NCBI RefSeq assembly: GCF_006345805.1
Contig: NW_021826727.1
Span: forward strand, 1-12,001
Length of the DNA stretch: 12,001 nucleotides
Direction of reading: 5' to 3'
Origin: Octopus sinensis
Lineage: Eukaryota
Shown: positions 1-9,321 of the stretch, piece after piece
How positions within the stretch are numbered: position 1 is the first letter of the stretch
How the letters are laid out: every line of letters starts with the position of its first letter
Notes under the pieces: model-generated
What the model saw: only the letters and a program-made list of their open reading frames with translations
What the model was told of the DNA's origin: nothing
Database searches by the model: none
Translations under genes and position numbers: made by a program

Positions 1-1030
1 AACAACTGAAGAGGTCCCCAGGCACTGCAAAAACTAAGCAACTGGAAGGCCCTGGGCATGACAAGATCCCCGACTTCTGGTTGAAATATCTAACAGGAAT
101 GCACAAAAAGCTGACTGAAAACTTTAACAGCATACTAGCAGAGCCAGAGACAATGCCTGAATGGCTCACAAAGGGGAAAACCATCTTAATTCCCAAATCA
201 AATGAACAACGAAACCAGAAAACTACAGACCAATAACCTGCCTCCCTACTATGTTCAAGGCATTTACTGCAGTGATATCGCAAAGGCTGAACAAGCACCT
301 GGACGAAAACAAACTGTTCCCAGAAGAGCAGAAGGATGCCGCAAGGGCTCATATGGCTGTAAAGATCAACTAATGATTAATAAAGCCGTAACTGAAGACA
401 GCCACAGAAAGAAGAAAGGCCTCAGTATGGCCTGGATTGACTACAAAAAGGCGTTTGATAGCATCCCCCACACATGGATCTCGAAACACTAGCCATTAAC
501 AAAGTACACCAACAATCATAAAATTCATAGAGCACTCTATGAATAAATGGCAAACAGTCCTACACCTCCAAACAAAAGAGGGACTCATGAAAACCAAAGA
601 CATCCCCATTAGAAGAGGAATATTCCAGGGAGACACGCTCTCTCCACTCCTTTTGCTTGGCACTGTCACCTCTATCTGATATGCTAAATAGAACTGGATG
701 CGGATATAAATGTTACGGCAAAACGATCAGCCACCTTTTATATATGGATGACCTAAAACTATACGCTGCAAATGACAAACAGCTGGAAACACTATTAAGA
801 CAGTTCATGGATTTACCAAAGAAATAGATATGAAATTTGGATTAGAAAAATGCGCCAAAGTCACCATGAAAAGAGGAAAACTAGTTAAGAGTAACAACAT
901 CACACTAGATAAAACCAATGAAATAAAAGAATTAGACCAAAGCCAAACTTACAAATACTTAGGAATCCATGAACTAGATAAACACACACCAACAAATGAA
1001 AGAAAAATAAAAAAAAGAATATTATAGACG
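1..1030 (+). pseudogene. Reverse transcriptase domain of the retrotransposon ORF, frameshifted
   Basis: Catalytic YMDD is encoded at 741-752 (TAT ATG GAT GAC). ORF-track pieces 202-492 and 830-1027 carry RT motifs and are broken by several frameshifts. Confidence 0.92.
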
Positions 1031-1725
1031 AGTTAGATCAATACTAAAAACAGAGCTCAATGCTAAAAACAAGATAATAGGTATCAACACTTTAGCTGTC
1101 CCAGTTATAAATTACAGCTACAATATCCTTAACTGGACACGAAATGAACTGTCCAAAATAGATAGGAAAACAAGAAAAATACTGACAGGATCTAGGATGC
1201 ATCACCCAAAATCTGACATAGAAAGACTATATATACAACGTATAGAAGGTGGTAGAGGCCTTATCACAGCTGGAAAACTACTATAAAATAACCACCATAG
1301 GACTGCAAAAATACCTACTTCAGAAGGAAGGAAAACTGATCCAGATAGCCAGCAAAACCCGAGCAAAACAAAAAACTTTCTCAGTATTTAAGGAAGCTGA
1401 CAAATACAAACAAGAAATCATACACCTAATAACACAAAGAAGAAGAAGAAGATGATGAAGACAAACAAAAGCTATAAAACAAATGAAATCCAAACTAAAA
1501 ATAGAACAGCAACGAGCCATGATAAAACGATGGCAAGAAAAGCCCCTTCATGGTAAATACTGGACTAAACTAACGCAAAAGAAATAGACAAAGAAAAATC
1601 CCAGCAATGGTTGAGAAGCTCAGGACTCAAAGCAGAAACAGAGGGATTTTTAATTGCAGCACAAGACAAAGCCTCCCCACCAAAATTACCAAAACATTTA
1701 ATGAAAAGAAATATTACAAAGTAAC

Positions 1726-2265
1726 TGCAGAATATGTGGAGATGGACAAGAAACAATAAATCATATTATCTCTAGCTGCCCAGTCCTGGCTAAGAAGAAT
1801 ATATTCACAGACATGACAGAGTTGGAACCTACATACATTGGAAGCTATGCCAACATTATGGAATAACAACAGAAAAAATGGTATAGCACACACCCCAAAA
1901 AGGTCACAGAAAACGAGAAAGCAACCATACTCTGGGATATGCCGATACACACAGATAGAAAATTAAGGCCAACAGACCAGATAGTTGTCAGAGATCATGA
2001 AGAAAAAATGCTTTCTAATTGATGTATCAATACCGGCAGATGACAACGTGTCTCTAAAAGAATGGAGAAACTCTCAAAATACAAGACCTGGAAATAGAGG
2101 TAACTAGAATGTGGAACCTGAAAACAGAAACAATCCTATCATAGTAGGTGCATTAGGCATGATAAAAAATTCAGACAAATACATAACAAAAGACCAGGAC
2201 TTACAACACATATACATACAGAAAATTGCACTACTAGGCACTGCTGCACACATCCTACGCAAACA
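1726..2265 (+). pseudogene. CCHC zinc knuckle plus restriction-like endonuclease (PD-(D/E)xK) of the retrotransposon ORF, disrupted
   Basis: CRICGDGQETINHIISSC (C-x2-C-x8-H-x4-C) at 1726-1779. With frameshift repair: HRHDRV, ILWDMPIHTD, ANRPD (PD at 1977-1982), FLIDVSIP, EKLSKY-DLEIE, IIVGALG. Confidence 0.88.
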
Positions 2266-2380
2266 CTTTCCATACAATAACCATCAGAGCATCACAACAA
2301 ATCACAGCACATACCCAAGGCACACAGAGCTGCGCTCGGTAGTGAAGTGAAAGCACGCTATAAAATAAAACTACTGAATA

Positions 2381-2434
<54 letters not shown>

Positions 2435-2664
2435 TCAAGTATGGACTTGACAGAGCAAAATATTTGATCAAAGTAGTGGTGTTTCATATTATTGAGTGAA
2501 TGGGGTGGGACGTGTGCGATAGTATTGTAGAGAGGAAGGACCCGAAATGATGCACATTCTCTTCTGAAGACCTCACATCAGCCTGCGAGTGTCCGGTATG
2601 CGGAGCTTTCAACTTGTAGAACTTGTGTCTGCAAGTTCTTTGCAAATAATAATAATAATAATAT

Positions 2665-2878
2665 CAAGGACCTTTTGAATGAGATGGGTTGCTCAAGCTG
2701 AAGAAAATTCTGAGTCCCACCTGCAAAGTCAAGTGCTGTTTATCTAGATATATCACAATGTCCCGCACATGTGGTTGAAATATATGTCTGGTATATCCTT
2801 ATCAGACGGGTAATCAGGACGGGTATATTGGGCTTATATTTGTACCTGAATGTCAGTTTGGTGGCATGCACTACTCTC
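2665..2878 (+). mobile_element. Family B repeat, copy 1: 5'-truncated 3' end of a probable non-LTR retroelement
   Basis: Aligns by eye with about 3248-3480 (ggaccttt..gatggg..ctgaagaaaattct..cccacctgcaa..cccttatcagacg..gcatgcact). Preceded by (AAT)n and followed by a (CAG)(CAA)(AAT) tail. No ORF, so the class is inferred. Confidence 0.7.
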
Positions 2879-2898
2879 AGCAGCAGCAGCAACAACAA

Positions 2899-2942
<44 letters not shown>

Positions 2943-2979
2943 ATAATAATAATAATAATAATAATTAATAATAATAATA

Positions 2980-3022
<43 letters not shown>

Positions 3023-3036
3023 TATAGTAATAATAA
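2879..3036. repeat. Compound microsatellite (CAG)n(CAA)n(AAT)n(TTA)n
   Basis: Read directly; the AAT run switches to its reverse complement at 2980/2981. Confidence 0.97.
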
Positions 3037-3492
3037 TATAAAAAGATGGGCTAAAGCAAATATTCTGCTCAATACCACAAATTTGCTTGTCACTTGTTTG
3101 ACCAGTTGAGCATGTCCCTTGTTAACTGACGGTATGTGCACCTCTAGTCATGAGCAGAAGTAGTGTTGAGAGGAATTCTTAGGGATTTGAATCATTCACC
3201 CCTGGGAATATGGGTGTTTCGTTTAACATTCTTAAACAACCCGTATTCTGGGACCTTTAGATCAGGATGGGCTACTCGACCTGAAGAAAATTCTAACTGG
3301 GCCCCACCTGCAAGGTAATAAGCTGTTTATCTTGATATGAGATCACCATGTCGCGCACATATGGTTGTGATGCATGTGCCTGGTGTACCCTTATCAGACG
3401 AGTAGTCATGATGGGTATACTGGGCTTCGTATATTTGTACCCCAGTGTCAGTTTTGGTAGCATGCACTATTCTCTCGCTCAATAATAATAAT
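3037..3492 (+). mobile_element. Family B repeat, copy 2 (longest, about 445 bp) with short (AAT)n tail
   Basis: Shares its 3' half with 2665-2878 and its last 80 bp with 10381-10459. Ends in ctctcgctc followed by aataataataat. Confidence 0.75.
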
Positions 3493-3983
3493 GATACACA
3501 CACATATATAAAGAGAGGGCAAAAGACGAGAGAGATAGAGAGACTTGTTTCAGAATTGTTCCATCCTGTGAACACCCTATTTATTTTATTTATTTTCTTT
3601 TCTTGTTTTTGCGGATATAATATAGCCAAAACTTTATAGCTCAAAACTGTTCCCCCTTCACTGTATATATATATACTTAGTGGGCTGGGCTATATTTGCT
3701 GTTATTTCTAGCAGACCATACGGACACATAAAAAAAATCCTTTAGTGAATGGAGCAGATGTTAATTGGAGGATGGAGTGTGTGTTTGTAGCGGGTGGGGG
3801 AGTGAGGGGGTTGGGTAATACTAAAATTTCAATTGCGCTTCACCAGAAGTGGTTGCCATAGGCAACATTTAAATTACCATTTACGTCATCACCTTGGATA
3901 TTAGATAAACAAAAATTTAAAAAGAAATAGTGACTATCGTTCATTTAGCCAATCTTATACTTGTCATTTCCTTTAAGTCTGTC

Positions 3984-4002
3984 ATTATTATTATTATTAT
4001 TA

Positions 4003-4034
<32 letters not shown>

Positions 4035-4341
4035 GTTATTATTATTGTTATTATTATTATTATATCATCATCATCATCATTACTACTACTACTACTATCA
4101 TTATTATTATTATTATTATTACTACTACTATTATTATCATTATTATTATTGATGCTGTTGTTGTTGATGTTCCTGCTACGGTAATTATTATTACTAATGT
4201 TATTATTAACATTATTATTATTATTGTTGTTGTTGTTGTTGTTGTTTTTGTTGTTATTGTTGTTGTTGTTGATGTTCCTGCTACGGTAATTATTATTATT
4301 ATTGTTATTATTAACATTATTATTATTATTATTATTGTTAA

Positions 4342-4372
<31 letters not shown>

Positions 4373-4499
4373 GTTATTATTGACATTATTATTATTATTA
4401 TTATTATTATCTTATTAACATTATTATTATTATTATTATTTATTATTATTATTATTATAACATTATTATTATTATTTTATTATTATTGTTATTATTGAC

Positions 4500-4530
<31 letters not shown>

Positions 4531-4819
4531 ATTATTATTCATTATTACTTACATTATTATTATATTATTATTAATTATTAATTATTATTATTTTTATTAT
4601 ATTAAACTTATATTATTATTATTATTATGATTACTATTATTATTATTATTATTATTATTATTTTATTACTTATTATTAACATTATTATTATTATTATTAT
4701 TATTATTAAACAATTATTATTATTATTTTATTATTGTTATATTGCCATTCTTATTATTATTATTAATTATAATTTATTATTATTGCAATTATCTTACTTA
4801 TTATTATTGTTATTATTGA

Positions 4820-4852
<33 letters not shown>

Positions 4853-5008
4853 GATCATCATCATCATCATTATTATTGTTGTTGTTGTTGCTGCTGCTGT
4901 TGTTGCAGTTGTTATTGCCGTTGTTGTTTATTGTCATTGCTGTTATTGTAGTTGTTATGTCATCACTACAACCATCCTCGTTGCTGTTGTTGTTGTTGTT
5001 GTTGTTGT
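3984..5008. repeat. About 1-kb (ATT)n-dominated low-complexity tract with (CAT), (TAC), (GTT) and (GCT) patches
   Basis: Read directly; source of the poly-I/L/Y/N ORFs in the track. Confidence 0.97.
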
Positions 5009-5353
5009 CTAAATCTTGACCAACACGATTTTTTTTATTTTCTATCTTCAGGGAAGCGAGAGCCCTATTATCTCGTCTATCAATGTTTTGGATTTTATTT
5101 TTCAAAGATTGCATTAAAACAAACAAAACAAATTGTTACAACGAAATATTTAACAACTCGATCGAACACGTACAGACTCCTTTGTTGTTGTTGTTGTTTT
5201 TGATTTTGTTGCTTTTGTTGTTGCTATGCTTGTTACGGTCGATGTTGGTGTTCTTAGCCTCCGGTCAATCGCGATCGATTTTCAAAAGCGTTATAAGCGA
5301 GATTTTAAAATGTATTTCCAAAAAATCAGAAACAATTCTTGAAGTTGTTTTGA

Positions 5354-5357
<4 letters not shown>

Positions 5358-5415
<58 letters not shown>

Positions 5416-5757
5416 ACACACACACGCACATACACACACACACACACGCACATACACACACACACACACACACGCACAGACAAACGCACGCACGCACACA
5501 CGCACGCACGCACGCATGCACACACACGCGTGCACATACGTATGCACATACGTATGCACTTGTATGCATGTCTTTGTGTGTGTATACATATATGTATATA
5601 TAATTGAATAAGCACATGCATTTTTGCGTGTGTATATATGTGTGTGTGTGTATGTGTGTATACATGTGTGTCAGTATTCGCATATATACATATATAAGAC
5701 ATACATAAATCTACGCATACACATATATATGTGCGTGTTTGTGAGTATGCACACATA
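5358..5757. repeat. (CA)n/(CGCA)n followed by (TG)/(TA)-rich microsatellite
   Basis: Read directly. Confidence 0.95.
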
Positions 5758-5997
5758 CTATCGTATGTGGTTATTATGAAATTTAAAACTCTGCCTTTGT
5801 TATGAAAACTCCGATGGTTTGGTGATGTAATCTGTTTATCAGGTATTTTGTTACTTGACAATTATTATTGTTACTGAGTTGGAAATCGGAATAGAATTAC
5901 AGTAAGAAGCATGGAATAATAACTCATTTGCTACTCACATGTAAATTTTTTCTTAAACACTGGTTTCTATGCGTTATCAAATTGACTGGTTCGTATT

Positions 5998-6011
5998 TAT
6001 ATATATATATA

Positions 6012-6049
<38 letters not shown>

Positions 6050-6164
6050 GCACATTATATACATATATATACATATAGTATTATATGTACGTATCGATCT
6101 ATCTATCTATCTATCATCACTATCTATATATCTATATATATATAATATATATTTATATATATAG

Positions 6165-6199
<35 letters not shown>

Positions 6200-6228
6200 G
6201 ATGATAATAGATAAGATGATAGATAGAT

Positions 6229-6259
<31 letters not shown>

Positions 6260-6290
6260 TATAGATATAGATATAGATAGATAGATAGAT
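5998..6290. repeat. (TA)n, (TCTA)n and (TAGA)n compound microsatellite
   Basis: Read directly. Confidence 0.95.
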
Positions 6291-6735
6291 ATTATTCCAT
6301 TTAATATATAACCATATTTATATTAAGACATTGATGACAAAAGATAATATATAATATAAACATAAAAAATAAATAAAAAATAAAAAAGCATAAAAATAGA
6401 TAAGGAGTACCGTGAAAGTAGAAAATACATTTAGAATAGATTAAAGGAGGTGATTCAAAAGATCAGTCCAAACCTACGGCCGTTTCAGAAAAGTTTTAAG
6501 AAGCTGTAGGAAATAACCCAAATTCAACTCCCTGTATAATAACATTTCCTTCCTCGGAGTTTCATTCTCGTGGTTAAATCCAGTAAGGCACTACATGGTG
6601 AAATTTAAGTTGGTCGTTGAGTATCGAATGGATGAATAAGAATAAAATATAAATGACTAAATAAAACCGGACAGCTCATATACAAGCGGAGAAACAATTG
6701 TACTATATACTGGAGCTTTATCTTTATTAAACTCG

Positions 6736-6737
6736 TA

Positions 6738-6795
<58 letters not shown>

Positions 6796-6805
6796 TATAT
6801 ATATA
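6736..6805. repeat. (TA)n microsatellite
   Basis: Read directly. Confidence 0.97.
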
Positions 6806-6806
6806 C

Positions 6807-7243
6807 TTAATTTAGAGATAGTAGGCCCCTTCATGTAAAAAAGAATTTTTATTTGAAATACCTACTGTTTTATAACTTGGCTACACGTGTTTTCATGAGG
6901 TACATTTCCCGGTTCCTAAACCACTCCGTGTTTTGCTGGAACCATTTTTAAAATGTAACCCCAATCATCAGGCCCTTATATCACTTTATCATCGTTCAAT
7001 ACTATAAACTATATTTTAATTTTTTTAAACCCATAAGTATGTGTAAAATAGGTACATTTAAATTATGTTCGCTGGACCCTACAGTACAATCCATAATTCA
7101 GATAAAAATTCAAATAAAAAGTTACAAAAATAAAAATTACAAACATAAAGTGAGAAATAAAAAATTAAATTGCTAAAAAAATATATACGAACAATTTACA
7201 AAAACTATGTTAGTAATATATAGGCCTACTATCTCTAAATTAA
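6807..7243. mobile_element. MITE-like non-autonomous DNA element with 21-bp perfect terminal inverted repeats
   Basis: TTAATTTAGAGATAGTAGGCC at 6807-6827 and its exact reverse complement GGCCTACTATCTCTAAATTAA at 7223-7243. AT-rich non-coding interior and ATAT-rich flanks on both sides. Confidence 0.8.
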
Positions 7244-7333
7244 AATATATATTTCTTCATTGAGAATAATTTGAACCTCTGTTATGCCGGAATTTTTATT
7301 CCCAAACAAATAAAATTTAAACATATATATATA

Positions 7334-7535
7334 GGGAGAGTTTACCAAAAAAAAAAACCAAAAGACGAAGACAGGTGGTGTACAAAACAAACAGATGTAT
7401 TAGTATAACGGTCAGGAATAGAGAAAGTCTTTTACGTTTCGAGCCTACGCTCTTCTACAGAAAGGGTCACAGAAAAAAAAACAAGGAGAGAAACAAGGAA
7501 AGAAAAAAAGGTGTTTTGTGGCTAACGATCTATCG
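7334..7535 (-). mobile_element. About 200-bp element between (TA)n tracts containing a hammerhead-like motif; possible Penelope-like pLTR remnant
   Basis: Sharp (TA)n boundaries on both sides and the internal motif at 7429-7464. No coding evidence. Confidence 0.5.
7429..7464 (-). ncRNA. Minimal type-I hammerhead-ribozyme-like motif with non-canonical core
   Basis: Minus strand: CUUU CUGUAGA A GAGC GUAG GCUC GAAAC GUA AAAG. Helix I CUUU/AAAG, helix II GAGC/GCUC, GAAA box and GUA triplet. Deviations: CUGUAGA instead of CUGANGA, one extra A, and loop-less ACGU helix III. Confidence 0.55.
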
Positions 7536-7682
7536 TATATATATATATGTGTGTGTGTATGTGTATGTGTGTGAGAAAGGGAGAGACAGAGAGTGAGAGA
7601 AAGAGAGAGCATTTGTACAGGGCGTACATATGTGCACATATGTCACCATGTATGTGGGAGTACAATTATGGATATATGCATG

Positions 7683-7711
<29 letters not shown>
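7536..7711. repeat. (TA)/(TG)/(GA)/(TGTA)n microsatellite patches
   Basis: Read directly. Confidence 0.9.
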
Positions 7712-7713
<2 letters not shown>

Positions 7714-8362
7714 GCAAGCATGTCTATGTATAAAACTGTATTTCAGTGTAATTAAATCTGTCACAAACTAAATTACAATCAGCTTAAATTTATCTAAGAA
7801 GCGCCAAAGTTAATTCTTGTTTCGAGCGTCTTCAAGTTATAGCGAAAAGATTTGGCTATCTACATTTCCGACATATTTTTTCTTTTGTATTTTCTATAAT
7901 TTTTCACTGCGTTCAAACGTACCATCAGTTGCTTAGTAACTATCCATAACATGTTATCAATGACACTTTTGTTTTTTTTTATTTAAATATTACTGCATTC
8001 GACATTTGTATAAGACTTCTGGCTTCAGTATATGTATTTTTTTTTCTTTACCAGTCCGTATTTCACACACACATATCGTTAATATTCTTCAATGGGAAAA
8101 AAAATCCTGCAAAAACAAAACAACCTCACACGCTCACACATACAAAGACATGCACAAAAAGAAATATATGACCACCACAACTAAAGTCTAATACTAATTT
8201 GTCTTCTTATTAGAGTCTACGTCCAATTCTTATTGATACGAATTCTCACACGAGTCTGATAATGAAAGAAAAAAAAATGTTTCTTGGCGATTATTTGTAG
8301 ATTTCTGTTTACGCACGTAGAGTAATTTTATATAATAAACTCTCGGTAGTGAATACACGTAC

Positions 8363-8777
<415 letters not shown>

Positions 8778-9158
8778 ATTTTCACTAAATGCGCCATGGA
8801 AACTGAAATAAATATACAATCTAGTGATGTGAAATAGCGACAGAAAGCAATGGTATGTAAACTGATCCAATTCTGTAAAGTGGGTGCCATTTTCTATGAA
8901 GGTTTCTTTCACAAACCCAACGACTTTAAGCAGAAACTAACAAAGAATAAGGAACATACAAACTCTTTTTTCCATATATTTTCTACAGGAGTGGCTGTGT
9001 GGTCAGTAGCTTGCTTACCAACCACATGGTTCCGGGTTCAGTCCCACTGCATGGCACCTTGGGCAAGTGTCTTCTACTATAGCCTCTGACCGACCAAAGC
9101 CTTGTGAGTGGATTTGGTAGATGGAAATTGAAAGAAGCTCGTCGTATATATATATATA

Positions 9159-9321
9159 AATTGAAACTGATTTGAAGATCGGAAATCCACCTGACAAATC
9201 TCATTTGAAGACATGAAACGATTGTAGTGGCGGTTTATTTACTTTATATTAAAATTTTATGTATTGATTAAGTCTTTCCTTGTTTGTTTTGCAAAATAGT
9301 GGTTTTGTCTCGAATTAATAT
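9159..9321 (+). mobile_element. 163-bp insert in the SINE's (TA)n carrying a hammerhead motif; probable Penelope-like pLTR or retrozyme fragment
   Basis: Flanked by (TA)n at 9145-9158 and from 9322 onward; absent from the equivalent position of the second S1 copy. Confidence 0.65.
9187..9230 (+). ncRNA. Degenerate type-I hammerhead ribozyme
   Basis: CCAC CUGACAA AUCUC AUUUGAA GACAU GAAAC GAUU GUA GUGG. Helix I CCAC/GUGG, helix II 4 of 5 pairs, helix III AC/GU with tetraloop, GUA cleavage triplet. Core CUGACAA differs from CUGACGA by one base. Confidence 0.72.

Larger units (their letters stand above)
1..2431 (+). mobile_element. Decayed RLE-type non-LTR retrotransposon (R2 superfamily, R4/Dong-like); 5' part lies outside the window; 3' UTR and (AAT)n tail present
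   Basis: Joining frames across indels gives WKAPG-D, NYRPITCL, EEQKGCRKGSYGCKDQL, AWIDYKKAFDSIPHTW, GIFQGDTLSPLLF, HLLYMDDLKLY, FGLEKC and YKYLG, then a CCHC knuckle, a PD..D..EK nuclease, KIALLGTAAHILRK, AATAAA at 2364-2369 and (AAT)n at 2377-2431. Clade assigned from motif style, not from a search. Confidence 0.92.

Noticed and set aside
2432-2644. 210-bp segment whose minus strand reads ..STILSHTSHPIHS.., faintly like LINE ORF2 C-termini
   Set aside because: Too short and interrupted by stops; class and orientation cannot be supported.
3282-3300. CTGAAGA in family B (also near 2699) as a hammerhead core
   Set aside because: No helix II followed by a GAAA box and cleavage triplet downstream; no HDV-like fold found either.
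5025-5115. Strong-looking splice acceptor (polypyrimidine..ttcag at 5049)
   Set aside because: No recognisable protein in any frame and no clear donor; such tracts are common in AT-rich DNA.
6443-6480. AAAGGAGGTGAT..CCTACGGC resembling the reverse complement of the bacterial 16S rRNA 3' end
   Set aside because: Spacing and intervening bases differ and no similarity extends on either side; treated as chance.
7811-7840. Minus-strand TTGAAGACGCTCGAAAC, hammerhead-like fragment
   Set aside because: No helix II 5' arm, helix III or helix I pairing.
8780-8985. Unique segment with short ORFs and a possible donor (atg/gtatgt)
   Set aside because: No acceptor, no recognisable peptide, and the ORFs run into microsatellites.
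8988-9060. tRNA gene (also 9910-9983)
   Set aside because: A and B boxes are present but no intact cloverleaf; both continue into SINE bodies.
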